Under the pieces are notes generated by a model, which saw only the letters and a program-made list of their open reading frames with translations, made no database searches and was not told where the DNA came from. DNA of 64,000 nt from Sphingomonadales bacterium. GTDB lineage: Bacteria; Pseudomonadota; Alphaproteobacteria; Sphingomonadales; Sphingomonadaceae. The position numbers were made by a program, and so were the translations under genes. The stretch covers positions 16,102-80,101 of the forward strand of contig JAGWMZ010000019.1 of NCBI GenBank assembly GCA_028871475.1. Direction: 5' to 3'. Of the stretch, positions 31,233-41,507 are shown piece after piece. Each line of letters starts with the position of its first letter. Position 1 is the stretch's first letter.

Positions 31233-31937
31233 TTACCCCTTCGTCCCGTCACGCGAGGCGCCACCGCTGGCGGCCTGCGCCAGAACATCGGCAATCTGCG
31301 CCCTGAGGGCAGCCACCTCGCCTTCCAGCGCCTCGATCCGCGATGTCGCCGGCTCGGCATCCGAACATGGCTCGCGGCATGGCGTGCCATAGGGAATAAA
31401 GTCCTTGGCCCAGGTCTCCGCCGCCACCAGCGTGGAGCGCGCCTTGACACCCACCATGGTGGCGCCCTCGGGCACATCCTCGGTCACCACCGCATTGGCA
31501 CCGACGCGCGCGCGCTTGCCGACAATGATGGGCCCGAGAATTTGCGCTCCCGAGCCAATGATGCAGCCATCGGACAGGGTGGGGTGACGTTTGCCCCCCA
31601 CACCATTGGCCGGATTGGTGCCGCCCAATGTAACGCACTGATAGATCGTCACATTGTCACCGATCAGGCTGGTTTCGCCAATCACGGTGAACCCATGATC
31701 AATGAACAGGTGTCGGCCGATCGTGGCGCCGGGGTGAATGTCGATGGCCGTCAGGAAACGGCTGAGGTGGTTGACTGCTCGTGCCAGAAAAAACAGCCGC
31801 GCGGTAAAGAGACTATGTGCCACGCGGTGAAAGGCCAGCGCCCACAGGCCGGGATAGAGCAACACTTCCCAACGCGAGCGCGGCGCCGGATCGCGCGCCA
31901 CTACCGAGTCAATATAGGCCAACAGTCGAGCAAACAT
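31233..31937 (-). CDS. cysE: serine O-acetyltransferase
   Basis: Hexapeptide-repeat core (DIHPGA.IG..LFIDHG..VIGET) and a C-terminal coiled-coil-like tail. Confidence 0.88.
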   Translation of the reverse strand: MFARLLAYIDSVVARDPAPRSRWEVLLYPGLWALAFHRVAHSLFTARLFFLARAVNHLSRFLTAIDIHPGATIGRHLFIDHGFTVIGETSLIGDNVTIYQCVTLGGTNPANGVGGKRHPTLSDGCIIGSGAQILGPIIVGKRARVGANAVVTEDVPEGATMVGVKARSTLVAAETWAKDFIPYGTPCREPCSDAEPATSRIEALEGEVAALRAQIADVLAQAASGGASRDGTKG

Positions 31938-31983
31938 CCGCTCTTATCCCATGCCGACCGCCCCGAGACAAGTACCGCCCTTT

Positions 31984-32592
31984 TCAGGAACGGTTACCCG
32001 GGCCGGCCACCTCCTCCAATGCTTCACGCCAGATCGCCGGGCCGGGCGCGCTTTTGCGCTCCAGGCTCAACCGGTCGATCGCAGCGACAAGCTCCTCGAT
32101 GCCCAGATGGGAACGGGGCCCGCGACTTGCAAGATAGTGGCACGCCTCATCACCCAGCGGCAGGCCGCGTTGTTCGGCATGAACGCCGATCAGCTCTTCC
32201 AGCATGGCATCGTCGGGCTCACCAATGTCGAGCCGCAAGGCCGAACGCAGCCGTGTACCCAGATCGGGCAGCGTCACCTGCCAGTCGAGCACGCCCGAGG
32301 TCAGCAGCAAGGGCGTGGCGCTTTCCTGCGCGCGGTTCCACAGGTGGAAAAGTTCCGTCTCATCCATCCGCTCGGCGTCATCGACCACTTCGCCCAACCG
32401 GGCCTGTTCGAACCAGTTGGCGAGCAAGCTCTTCCCGCTCCTTGGCGGGCCAAAGACGATGGCCGTGTGGTAAGGCCAGTTCTGCGTATGCTGAAACGCC
32501 TCGACGATGTTGCCGTTCGCCGGCCCCACGACGATGTGCGAAGGGTCTCTGCGCCCCAGCGGCCCCAAAGGCAGGGCGATCTGTCCAACCAT
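31984..32592 (-). CDS. hdaA: DnaA regulatory inactivator HdaA-like AAA+ protein
   Basis: N-terminal QIALPL (clamp-binding-like), Walker A GPPRSGKS, about 200 aa and no DNA-binding domain IV. Confidence 0.65.
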   Translation of the reverse strand: MVGQIALPLGPLGRRDPSHIVVGPANGNIVEAFQHTQNWPYHTAIVFGPPRSGKSLLANWFEQARLGEVVDDAERMDETELFHLWNRAQESATPLLLTSGVLDWQVTLPDLGTRLRSALRLDIGEPDDAMLEELIGVHAEQRGLPLGDEACHYLASRGPRSHLGIEELVAAIDRLSLERKSAPGPAIWREALEEVAGPGNRS

Positions 32593-32604
32593 AATCTTGC
32601 GCCC

Positions 32605-33993
32605 TTATCGGTGAATTCTGAGTGTGCCGCCTGATGCAGTCACCTGCCAACCGCGCGCGCGCAGCAGGGTGGCAAGTTCGGCGGCCGTGCCCGCGAAACT
32701 GACCCGCATGACGGAGGTGCCGCCAATGGCAATGCTGGTCGTGGCGGCATTTTCCACGCCCTTTGCTCCCCGCACACCTGCCAGCGCCTGATCGACAGCG
32801 GCGGCATCGGGCGAGGCAAACTGAATTGTGATCGCGCTGGCCGCAGCCTTGGCATCAGGGCGCGGCGCGGCGGCAGGCACTGGCTGCTCGGCCAGGGCTG
32901 CGGCGGCGGCGCGTTCGGCAGCGGCGGCCTGGGCCGCCTGCGCCGCGCGGCCGGCATCGATCAATTGCTGCAAACCGGGATCAATCGCCGGATGCTCAAA
33001 GCTCAGCGTCGGGTCAGGCCGCAATTTGCCGCTGGTCAGTGCCTGCGTGAAAATCTGGTCGAAACGCGCGATCGCCTGATTGAGCATGGCGGGCACCTGC
33101 CCTTCATCCGCCGCGTTCAAGGTGAAACTGTCGAGATAGACATTGTCGGCGCCGTAACGCGCGGTGAAGGTGCCTTTCACAGGACCACCGGGCCATTGCC
33201 GTTCAAGTCGCGCCTCGGGCATCAGCACATCGCTGGCACCGAACTGGTCGAGCAGCCCGCGCCACCAGACACGGCTGCGGCGCCCGGGCTGCCCTGCGGT
33301 CAACAGCAGCGAATCCCCGCCCGAACCTTGCGGACGGATATAGTCAATCGCGCTGCCGCCGGTATGGAACTCAGCCCAGGCCTTCTGCCAGGGGGTGCGC
33401 ATCTCATACACCTGCGCCACGCCGCCGGAATAGAGCACGGGAATGATCAGCATCGGCGCCGAGCGCATACCGCCCGAGGGACCATGGCCCGCAAGGTAGC
33501 CCGATGCCTTGCCCCGATCGAAGACCACGCCAAGGCTGGCACGATAACGGTGCGGGCCGATTTCCTCATTGTCCACCACTACGGCGGAAACGAGATTTTC
33601 GATGGCGTCGGCCCCCATGTCGGGGCCGCCCGCCTTGGCCCAGGCCTGCTTGTAGGCTTCGCGCCACCCGGCCTGACGCGCCTCGAGCGCGGTCTTGCCC
33701 TGCACATCGACCTTGAGGCCGTTGATCTCGATATCGCCGGTCGTGATGACGGGGGAGATCCCGCGATCGCCCTCCACCTGCGCGATGAGCCGTGACGGGC
33801 CGACTGCGACCACGCCGATCGCCAAAACCAGAGCCGCACCGCCGGCGAGCACGGCGTAGGGGCGACGCGCCCACAGGCGGCGCATCGGCACAAGCCGGTT
33901 CTCACGCCTGATTTCGGGAGGAAAAAGGGTCTGCATCGCGCCTACAATCATCAAAGCTGTGCGCGTATTGGCGTAACCCCCATGGAAATCCAA
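32605..33993 (-). CDS. membrane-anchored periplasmic hypothetical protein with Ala-rich linker
   Basis: One TM helix (AVLAGGAALVLAIGVVAV), a long conserved-looking body, an Ala/Gln-rich linker and a C-terminal alpha/beta-like module. No catalytic motif recognised. The start is uncertain. Confidence 0.55.
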   Translation of the reverse strand: MDFHGGYANTRTALMIVGAMQTLFPPEIRRENRLVPMRRLWARRPYAVLAGGAALVLAIGVVAVGPSRLIAQVEGDRGISPVITTGDIEINGLKVDVQGKTALEARQAGWREAYKQAWAKAGGPDMGADAIENLVSAVVVDNEEIGPHRYRASLGVVFDRGKASGYLAGHGPSGGMRSAPMLIIPVLYSGGVAQVYEMRTPWQKAWAEFHTGGSAIDYIRPQGSGGDSLLLTAGQPGRRSRVWWRGLLDQFGASDVLMPEARLERQWPGGPVKGTFTARYGADNVYLDSFTLNAADEGQVPAMLNQAIARFDQIFTQALTSGKLRPDPTLSFEHPAIDPGLQQLIDAGRAAQAAQAAAAERAAAAALAEQPVPAAAPRPDAKAAASAITIQFASPDAAAVDQALAGVRGAKGVENAATTSIAIGGTSVMRVSFAGTAAELATLLRARGWQVTASGGTLRIHR

Positions 33994-34060
33994 GCCGGAA
34001 AGCGCTAGGCGGCGCGCAAAAGCTGTTCACTAGCTCTTATCGAAAGCCCATAACGCCGCC

Positions 34061-35167
34061 ATGACCGACGCAAAAACTCCTCCCGCCAGCTACACCTATG
34101 AGCATTCCGGCGTGTCGATCGCCGCGGGAAATGCACTGGTCAAGGCCATCGGCCCGTTGGCCAAATCGACCGCACGCCCGGGCGCTGACGCTGATCTTGG
34201 CGGATTTGGCGGTTTCTTTGACCCGCGCGCCGCCGGCTACAAGGACCCGCTGCTGGTGGCAGGCAATGACGGTGTGGGCACCAAGGTCAAGCTGGCCATC
34301 GATCATGACCGGCATGACCATATCGGCATCGACCTTGTCGCCATGTGCGTCAACGACCTCATCGTGCAGGGCGCCGAGCCGCTGTTCTTCCTTGACTATT
34401 TCGCCACCGGCAAGCTGGAGAATGGCGTCGCGGAACGCGTCGTCGCGGGCATTGCGCAAGGTTGCAAGATGGCGGGCTGCGCGCTCATTGGCGGTGAAAC
34501 GGCCGAAATGCCAGGCATGTATGCTGCCGGCGATTATGATCTGGCCGGTTTCTGCGTCGGTGCGGTGGAGCGCGGTGAGCAGTTGACGGGCGACAAGGTG
34601 GCAGAGGGCGACGTTCTGTTGGGCCTTGCCTCGTCGGGCGTCCATTCCAACGGCTATTCGCTGGTCCGCCGCCTCGCCGCCGACAAGGGCTGGAAGCTGG
34701 ACCGCCCCGCCCTGTTCGACGCCGATCGCCTGCTGATCGATTTCCTGATCGAGCCGACGCGCATCTATGTGAAGACGCTGCTGCCCTTCATTCGCGCCGG
34801 GCGCATTCATGCGCTGGCCCACATCACCGGCGGGGGCCTGCTGGAGAACGTGCCGCGCGTTCTGCCAGCGCACCTTCATGCTCACATCGACGCGGGCGCG
34901 TGGGAGCAAACCCGCCTGATGGCTTTCCTGCAGGCGCAGGGCAACATCGAGCCCGAGGAAATGGCGCGCACCTTCAACTGCGGCGTGGGCATGGTTCTGG
35001 CCGTCGCGCCCGAGGAAGCCGAGGGGCTGGCCGCCGATCTGACCGCTGCTGGCGAAACCGTCTTCACCATCGGGCGGATCGAGGCGGGCCGGCGCGGCTG
35101 CACCGTCTCGGGCGCTGCCGAGGTCTGGTCGGCGCGTGAGGCATGGACCGCTACCCATAATGCCTGA
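34061..35167 (+). CDS. purM: phosphoribosylformylglycinamidine cyclo-ligase (AIR synthase)
   Basis: [14 protein letters not shown] and DYFATGKL motifs. Confidence 0.95.
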   Translation: MTDAKTPPASYTYEHSGVSIAAGNALVKAIGPLAKSTARPGADADLGGFGGFFDPRAAGYKDPLLVAGNDGVGTKVKLAIDHDRHDHIGIDLVAMCVNDLIVQGAEPLFFLDYFATGKLENGVAERVVAGIAQGCKMAGCALIGGETAEMPGMYAAGDYDLAGFCVGAVERGEQLTGDKVAEGDVLLGLASSGVHSNGYSLVRRLAADKGWKLDRPALFDADRLLIDFLIEPTRIYVKTLLPFIRAGRIHALAHITGGGLLENVPRVLPAHLHAHIDAGAWEQTRLMAFLQAQGNIEPEEMARTFNCGVGMVLAVAPEEAEGLAADLTAAGETVFTIGRIEAGRRGCTVSGAAEVWSAREAWTATHNA

Positions 35168-36137
35168 CGTCATCCGCCAGTCCGCCCGGGAACGCGCAAA
35201 GGTCGCGGTGCTGATTTCGGGCAGCGGGACCAATATGGCAGCCCTGCTCTATGCCAGCAGGGCCGCCGATTGCCCCTATGAACTCGTGCTGGTGGCCAGC
35301 AACAATCCGCAGGCCGGCGGCCTTGCTCTGGCGGCGGCAGAGGGCGTGGCCACCTTTGCCCTTCCTCACAAGGGGATGACCCGCGCCGAGCATGATGCCG
35401 CAATGGATCAGGCCATCCGGGTCTCGGGCGCGCAATATGTGGCGCTTGCAGGCTATATGCGCATCCTGACGGATGACTTCGTGCAGGGTTGGAGCGGCAG
35501 GATGCTCAACATCCATCCCTCGCTGCTGCCCAAATACAAGGGGCTCCACACGCATCAGCGCGCGATCGAGGCGGGCGACAGCCATGGCGGCGTCAGCGTT
35601 CATCTCGTCACGCCCGAGTTGGATGACGGGCCGATCATCGGCCAGACGCCGGTGGCCATCATCCCGGGCGACACGGCCGACAGCCTTGCAGGCCGCGTGC
35701 TCTTTGCCGAACATCAGCTCTATGCCCGCTGCCTTGCCGCCTGGGTCACGCGTGAGACTTCGCCCGAATGGCTCAGCGCTCAGGTCCGCGCGCGCGCCCT
35801 GGCCCTGCCCGAAGCGGATGAAGTCAACAGCCATGGCATGGCCTGTTTCGGCATCGTGAAGGGCAAGAAATTCGCTTATGTTGCAGCCAACCATCATGCG
35901 GGCGGCCATGTTGCACTGCTGGTCAAGATCAGCGGCGCCGACGAGCAGGCCGGACTGATCGAGCAGGACTGGCAGCGTTATTTCCGCCCGGCCTATTTCG
36001 GTGACAACTGGATCGGCATCCGACTCGATCTGGGCGATACCGATTGGGACGCGATCGAAGGCTGGCTTTCGCGCAGCTGGCGTTCGGTCGCACCTCGGAA
36101 ACTGGCTCATCTGATGGACCTTGCCGATCAGTTCTGA
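35160..36137 (+). CDS. purN: phosphoribosylglycinamide formyltransferase PurN fused to a C-terminal YjbR/MmcQ-like domain
   Basis: The N-terminal 200 aa or so carry PurN motifs ([30 protein letters not shown]). An extra 125 aa or so (from about 35754) resembles YjbR/MmcQ (DUF419) proteins. Confidence 0.85.
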   Translation: MPDVIRQSARERAKVAVLISGSGTNMAALLYASRAADCPYELVLVASNNPQAGGLALAAAEGVATFALPHKGMTRAEHDAAMDQAIRVSGAQYVALAGYMRILTDDFVQGWSGRMLNIHPSLLPKYKGLHTHQRAIEAGDSHGGVSVHLVTPELDDGPIIGQTPVAIIPGDTADSLAGRVLFAEHQLYARCLAAWVTRETSPEWLSAQVRARALALPEADEVNSHGMACFGIVKGKKFAYVAANHHAGGHVALLVKISGADEQAGLIEQDWQRYFRPAYFGDNWIGIRLDLGDTDWDAIEGWLSRSWRSVAPRKLAHLMDLADQF

Positions 36138-36224
36138 TCAGCAAGGTGATCTGTTCATCTGGCAGCAATCTCGCACCGGGCACCAATCGGCGCGCGACAC
36201 CCTGCTGAACCATAAGGATATACC

Positions 36225-36959
36225 ATGCGTCTTCCTTCGCGCAGGCTGGCACTGCCGCTTGTTGTCATAACTGCGGCACTTCTGGCGACTGGTCCGGCCC
36301 TCGCTCAGGGTATGGGTGGCATGGGTGGTATGGGAGGTGGCATGGGTGGAATGGGCGGGGGCGGCCCCGGCGGCGGCGTCGACCACGGGCCCGATGGTCC
36401 GGTCGGCCAATTTCGGCCCCGCCAGGCAAAGCCGATCTCGCTCAAACAGTTCGACGCGGCGGTGACCGATATGTTCCGTATCGCCGATGCCAATCACGAT
36501 GGCATGGTCACGCTGGCAGAATTCAACGAGGTGATCACTGCCCGGCGTGATGCCATCATCCGCGCCCGCTTCAAATCAGTCGACACCAACCACAATGGCC
36601 AGATCGACGAGAGCGAGTTCATTGCCTGGCAGCGTGCCATGGGGTCCACCGCGCTGTCGGAAAGCGCCTCGACCCAATATGACGAGATTATCCCCAACAG
36701 CATCAGCCCCGAATTTCACGATGGCGAAAAGGACGAGGCGCTGGCAATCGCGGTGGAGCCGCTCAACGCGGTGGTGATCGCCGCGGCGAACACGAATTAC
36801 GATGCCGGCATGGGCCTTGCGGAATTGCTCGCCTATGAGCATGCCCGCTTTGACAAGGCCGATGCCGACAAGGACGGTGTGCTGTCGCGCGAAGAGGTCG
36901 ACAGCCTGCAGCCACATCGCCGTGGCCCGGGTGGTCCCGGCGGCCGCCCGCCGCGCTGA
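36225..36959 (+). CDS. secreted EF-hand calcium-binding protein with Gly-Met repeat
   Basis: Signal peptide, a (GMG)n tract, and three EF-hand loops: DANHDGMVTLAEF, DTNHNGQIDESEF and DADKDGVLSREEV. Confidence 0.8.
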   Translation: MRLPSRRLALPLVVITAALLATGPALAQGMGGMGGMGGGMGGMGGGGPGGGVDHGPDGPVGQFRPRQAKPISLKQFDAAVTDMFRIADANHDGMVTLAEFNEVITARRDAIIRARFKSVDTNHNGQIDESEFIAWQRAMGSTALSESASTQYDEIIPNSISPEFHDGEKDEALAIAVEPLNAVVIAAANTNYDAGMGLAELLAYEHARFDKADADKDGVLSREEVDSLQPHRRGPGGPGGRPPR

Positions 36960-36970
36960 TCGTCATGTTG

Positions 36971-36999
36971 ACGAGGGGCGCGATAACCGCGCCCCTCGT
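36971..36999. terminator. perfect 12-bp stem hairpin between convergent genes
   Basis: ACGAGGGGCGCG-ataac-CGCGCCCCTCGT. Confidence 0.6.
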
Positions 37000-37008
37000 G
37001 CCATAGGC

Positions 37009-37260
37009 TTACCGGGCGGCCAGCGCCGCCTCAAGCGCTGCGACACGCTCCTTGAGCGCCTCGGTTTCCTCACGCGCCTTGGCGGCCATGGTCTTGACGG
37101 CATCGAATTCCTCACGGCTTACGAAATCGAGCCCGCCGAAGGTTTCGCGCAGGCGCTCACGCGCCGTTTCCCGAGCTTCCCGCGTAGCGCCGGCAACCGT
37201 GCCCGCCGCACTGTTCATCAGCTTGACGACATCGGCCAGAAAGGGATTTTCGCTCTGCAT
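37009..37260 (-). CDS. ubiK: UbiK/YqiC-family accessory factor (BMFP-like coiled-coil protein)
   Basis: About 83 aa. MQSENPFL....V.REEFDAVK....REE...L..RV..LE is typical of this family. Confidence 0.65.
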   Translation of the reverse strand: MQSENPFLADVVKLMNSAAGTVAGATREARETARERLRETFGGLDFVSREEFDAVKTMAAKAREETEALKERVAALEAALAAR

Positions 37261-37338
37261 AGGGTTGGTATCCACCAGTGAATGTCAGCAATGCGCCCGC
37301 CTTAGCCGCCAAAGGCCATCTGCGCCAGAGTGTGCGGC

Positions 37339-37890
37339 CTAGAACTTCACATGCACCGCCGCAGGGTCAGGCGCACCGTCCGCGCCGGGGTTGAGCGTGA
37401 GGATCTGCCAGTTCAGCAGGCTGGCAAAGAGGATCCACCCCATCACCGGCACCAGCAGCAAAGCTGCCACCGGGCGTAACCGGGCGAACAGCAGAATGGA
37501 GAGCGCCAGTGTCACATCCATCGCCGCAATATCGATCAGCGCCGCAACAATGCGATGGCCGCCAAAGAACAGCGGCGACCAGACCAGATTGAGGGCCACA
37601 TGCAGCGTGAACACGCCAATGGCCAGCCCCCGGCCCGCAGACCCTCGCGCCGATACCACCATCGAAAGCGCCAGCCCCATCAGCACATAGGCCACCGACC
37701 AGACGATCGGGAACAATTGCGCCGGCGGATAGAGGTCCGGCTTGACCAGCGCGGAAAACCAGACGTTCTGTTCACCGCTGTTGGACGCGGCCGCCGACAG
37801 GAAGCCCAGCAACAGCATGGCTGGCACAAACACCGCCACCCAGCGCATCAGCGCTCCCAACAACTGGCCCCGAGAAGCGATTTCCGTCAT
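37339..37890 (-). CDS. tspO: TspO/MBR tryptophan-rich sensory protein
   Basis: Five TM helices with LVWSPLFFG and LNW motifs. Confidence 0.85.
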   Translation of the reverse strand: MTEIASRGQLLGALMRWVAVFVPAMLLLGFLSAAASNSGEQNVWFSALVKPDLYPPAQLFPIVWSVAYVLMGLALSMVVSARGSAGRGLAIGVFTLHVALNLVWSPLFFGGHRIVAALIDIAAMDVTLALSILLFARLRPVAALLLVPVMGWILFASLLNWQILTLNPGADGAPDPAAVHVKF

Positions 37891-38256
37891 CGTATGTAAG
37901 GCCCCGCCTGTCCGATGGTTAACTAGGTGTCCACCCTCATGTTCAACCTTAGGCAAAGAGAAGGCTTCCGAAAAGGGGCCTGTGACCTTCTCCGCATTTT
38001 GCCGTGGTTGAGCGAAAAAGCGCGGACCGAGGCATCAGCGTTGTCACGGCAACCCCTACGCCTTGGTTAACGCGCCGCCTGTCATAGCACCCAGGTCTGA
38101 GGCATGGGGCCAAGGCGTCGGTCTGACCGAGCGGCAACCCATGCGCCTTGGCCTAAACGCCCAAGACAGACATAATTTCAGATGCTTAAAGCAAGACCAT
38201 GAGGCGGCTGAGGACGGTATCTCGTTGACGACCTCCTCGACGACCTCAAGGGCAAT

Positions 38257-39033
38257 TCAGCCGCGAAGGGCGGAAATAAGAAACTCGACATTGCCTTCAG
38301 GACCAGTGATCGGGCTTTCGACTATGCCATCAACGGCAAAACCCAGTCCCTCCACCCACGCCTGTACTTCCGCGCAGACACGCGCATGCAGCGCCGAATC
38401 GCGCACAACGCCTTTGCTGCCCACTTCCGCGCGCCCGACTTCGAACTGGGGCTTGATCAAGGCCACAAGGCGGCAGCGCGGAGCGGCCAGGCGCAGGGGA
38501 ACATCAAGCACTTTGGCAAGCGCGATAAAACTGGCGTCACATACCACCCAGTCGCAAGGCCGGTCGATCTGTGCCTCGGTCAGAATCCGCGCGCTGGTCT
38601 GTTCCAGCACGGTAACGCGCGGGTCCTGACGCAGCTTCCAGGCGAGCTGGTTCGTCCCCGAATCGACGGCAAAGACATGCTCTGCCCCCTTGGTCAGCAA
38701 AACATCGGTAAAGCCGCCCGTCGAACTGCCGATGTCCATGGCCGTAACGCCGCTGGGGTCGAGCGCGAAATGCTCAATGGCATGGGCCAGCTTGATCCCG
38801 CCTCTGCTGACCCATGGGTGGTCGCGCCCACGCGTCTCCAATGGCGCATCGGCCGGGATCGTCTGCCCGGGCTTGGCGATTTTTACCTCGCCCGAAAAGA
38901 CCAGACCGGCAAGCACCAACGCCTGAGCGCGCGCGCGGCTCTCAACCAGCCCGCGATCGACCAGAGCCTGATCGACGCGAATTTTTCCGGGCTTTGACGC
39001 GCCTTTGACGGGGCGGGAAGGAGACTGGCTCAA
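38257..39033 (-). CDS. tlyA: TlyA-family 23S/16S rRNA (cytidine-2'-O)-methyltransferase
   Basis: N-terminal S4 domain (RVDQALV.RGL..SR..A) and an FtsJ-type methyltransferase with DIGSSTGGFTD. Confidence 0.9.
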   Translation of the reverse strand: MSQSPSRPVKGASKPGKIRVDQALVDRGLVESRARAQALVLAGLVFSGEVKIAKPGQTIPADAPLETRGRDHPWVSRGGIKLAHAIEHFALDPSGVTAMDIGSSTGGFTDVLLTKGAEHVFAVDSGTNQLAWKLRQDPRVTVLEQTSARILTEAQIDRPCDWVVCDASFIALAKVLDVPLRLAAPRCRLVALIKPQFEVGRAEVGSKGVVRDSALHARVCAEVQAWVEGLGFAVDGIVESPITGPEGNVEFLISALRG

Positions 39034-39174
39034 GACAGGACCTGTTGGTGGTAAAGAAAGGTTTCGACTCTTGCCGATCCGGGCCCCTCATTCCATAGGG
39101 AGCCGATGAAGGCAAATCGCCCCCTTTGGCCGCTGTGCCCGCCGCTTGCTCCACCTCGTCACCGCCCGCATTCA

Positions 39175-39702
39175 ATGGGGCTCGGGCTTGGCCTGATCGC
39201 GCTGCTGGCAGGCTGCGTAAGCGCGCCAAGGCCGGCTCCTGCGCCTCCACCGCGCCGGGTCACGCCTCCCGTCGCGCGGCCGCTTGCGCCCCCACCCAAG
39301 CCCGCGCCGGCGGTGGACTGGCGCGATGCCCCGATCACACCGGGAGATTGGCACTGGGCCCGCGAAGGAGGCGATTCGGTTGCGCGCTTTGGCCTGCCAG
39401 GAACAACAACGCTTGCGCTACGCTGCATTGCGGCCACCCGCATGGTGGCCATCGACATGGCCAATCCGGGCAGCAGCCAACCCATGACGGTCACGATCGC
39501 CACCTCCAGCCAGACGCGCAATCTGCAAGGGCAGACGCGCGGTCCATGGCTGGAAATCACGTTTGGCGCGCGCGATAATTTTCTGGACGCGATGGCCTTT
39601 TCGCGCGGTCGCTTCATGGTGCTTGCCAGCGGACGGTCCGGGCTTTTCCTGCCCAGTTGGCCTGAAGTGACACGCGTGATCGAGGATTGCCGCAGCCAGT
39701 GA
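39175..39702 (+). CDS. Pro-rich putative lipoprotein
   Basis: MGLGLGLIALLAGC is a lipobox, followed by a Pro/Ala-rich linker. No known domain recognised. Confidence 0.5.
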   Translation: MGLGLGLIALLAGCVSAPRPAPAPPPRRVTPPVARPLAPPPKPAPAVDWRDAPITPGDWHWAREGGDSVARFGLPGTTTLALRCIAATRMVAIDMANPGSSQPMTVTIATSSQTRNLQGQTRGPWLEITFGARDNFLDAMAFSRGRFMVLASGRSGLFLPSWPEVTRVIEDCRSQ

Positions 39703-40025
39703 GTCTGTCACGGCGGCGGCAAATAGTGACAGCAATTATTCGCAATGCAAGTCTTGTTGTGCGCCGCAAAAGAGCGCAAATATCGACTCAAGGCCGAAGG
39801 GTTCCGCACTTTTTGGCCCCGCCGTTGGAAGCTGGCTCAGGCCTGACACGGGCATTGGGCAGCATCGCGGCTCAACACTTGGCTCAACAGCGCGAAAGGA
39901 GGTGATCCGATGTCTCATGGTTCAGCAGAGAGGTCGGCAACCCGCATCGCGGAGCATTATTGCTGAATTTCGATACAGCGATAAAGGCTCCGTTTGCGGC
40001 ACTTCCCGGCCGCTGACCATGCGAA

Positions 40026-40073
40026 GGGCTGTGACGGTGACGGGCCGTCGCAGCCCTTCTCATTTTCGCGTTT
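40026..40073 (+). terminator. intrinsic terminator-like hairpin plus U-rich tail in the ilvE upstream region
   Basis: GGGCTGTGACGG-tgacggg-CCGTCGCAGCCC (one G-U pair) followed by TTCTCATTTTCGCGTTT. Confidence 0.45.
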
Positions 40074-40269
40074 GGCGCCTGCGCTGGCTGTGATAACAAC
40101 ATGCCACAAACCGCTTCTTTCTGAAACTTTCCGGGGCAAACGCCCAGTTTTGCGCTCTCGATCCGGCATGCTATGTCGGAGATGAGAGTTTTTTTATGTC
40201 TTCTGGCTTGCATTTTGTGAAATTTTCATGCAGTTGGCCGGCTGACAAGTCCCCAAAGGAGTAAGCATC

Positions 40270-41364
40270 ATGGCGAGCGCCGCCGATCTGCCCATCACCG
40301 CCCTGCCCCACCCCGCTCCCACACCGGCGGACGTGCGCGATGCGGTGCTGGCCAATCCGGGTTTCGGCACGAACTTCACCGATCACATGGTGACGATCGA
40401 GTGGAGCGAAGGCAAGGGGTGGCATGATGCCATTCTTGGCCCACGCGGCCCCATTGCGCTCGACCCTGCCGCCAGCGTGCTTCACTATGCGCAAGAAATC
40501 TTCGAGGGGCTCAAGGCTTACAAGCAGGCCGATGGCTCCATTGCCCTGTTCCGCCCCGAGGCGAATGCTGCCCGCTTCAACCAGAGCGCCACGCGCCTGG
40601 CCATGCCCACCATCCCGGAGGGCCTGTTCGTCGAGGCCATCCGCCAGCTCGTTTTGGCCGACAAGGACTGGATTCCCGGCCAGGATGGCGCCTCGCTCTA
40701 TCTGCGCCCCTTTATGATCGCGACCGAGGCGTTCCTGGGTGTGCGCCCGGCCAAGCAATACAAGTTCATCGTCATCGCCAGCCCGGCGGGCAATTATTTC
40801 AAGTCGGGCGCTCCGGCAGTGTCGATCTGGGTCAGCCAGTACACCCGCGCGGCGCCTGGTGGCACGGGCGCGGCCAAATGCGGTGGCAACTATGCCGCCA
40901 GCCTCGTGCCGCAGGCCGAAGCCATGGCGCTGGGGCACGATCAGGTCGTTTTCCTCGATGCCGCCGAGCATAAGTGGATTGAGGAACTGGGCGGCATGAA
41001 CCTCTATTTCGCCTTTGACGATGGTTCGCTCATCACCCCGCCGCTCTCGGGCACGATCCTGCCCGGTATCACGCGCGATTCGATCCTGACACTGGCGCGG
41101 GAGGAAGGGCTCACCGTTCGCGAGGAGCGCTACAGCATCGACCAGTGGCGCGCTGACGCTGCCTCGGGCAAGCTGCTCGAAACCTTCGCTTGCGGTACGG
41201 CTGCCGTCGTCACGCCGGTTGGCAAGGTTTCCGACACGAACAGCGCCTTCACCATCGGCACGGGCGGGCCGGGGCAGATCACGGGCAAGCTCAAGGACCG
41301 GCTGGTTGCCATTCAACGCGGCGCGGCGCCTGATACGCATGGCTGGGTTATGAAGCTGAGCTGA
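40270..41364 (+). CDS. ilvE: branched-chain amino acid aminotransferase (long-form class IV)
   Basis: 364 aa with AKCGGNY and LPGITR motifs. AAGGAG lies upstream of the ATG. Confidence 0.95.
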   Translation: MASAADLPITALPHPAPTPADVRDAVLANPGFGTNFTDHMVTIEWSEGKGWHDAILGPRGPIALDPAASVLHYAQEIFEGLKAYKQADGSIALFRPEANAARFNQSATRLAMPTIPEGLFVEAIRQLVLADKDWIPGQDGASLYLRPFMIATEAFLGVRPAKQYKFIVIASPAGNYFKSGAPAVSIWVSQYTRAAPGGTGAAKCGGNYAASLVPQAEAMALGHDQVVFLDAAEHKWIEELGGMNLYFAFDDGSLITPPLSGTILPGITRDSILTLAREEGLTVREERYSIDQWRADAASGKLLETFACGTAAVVTPVGKVSDTNSAFTIGTGGPGQITGKLKDRLVAIQRGAAPDTHGWVMKLS

Positions 41365-41375
41365 CCCGTTACAGA

Positions 41376-41401
41376 GCGCGGGTCGCATCCTCGACCCGCG
41401 C
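41376..41401 (+). terminator. GC-rich hairpin after ilvE
   Basis: GCGCGGGTCG-catcct-CGACCCGCGC with no clear U-tail. Confidence 0.4.
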
Positions 41402-41507
41402 GTCGTCCTCATTCAATCTGTAAATCAATTCCCCTCGCCCCTCACCTCTGGCCAAGTGGCTTGCGGCTTCCTAAGTTCCTGAGGACGCATTTGTCAGGAG
41501 CCATTTC

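Noticed and set aside
34037-35233. 398-aa minus-strand ORF.
   Set aside because: It is antisense to purM.
36309-36360. A short tandem DNA repeat (ggtatgggtggcatgggtgg...) that looks superficially like a repeat array.
   Set aside because: It lies in-frame inside the EF-hand gene and encodes the Gly-Met tract. It has no spacers and is not a CRISPR array.
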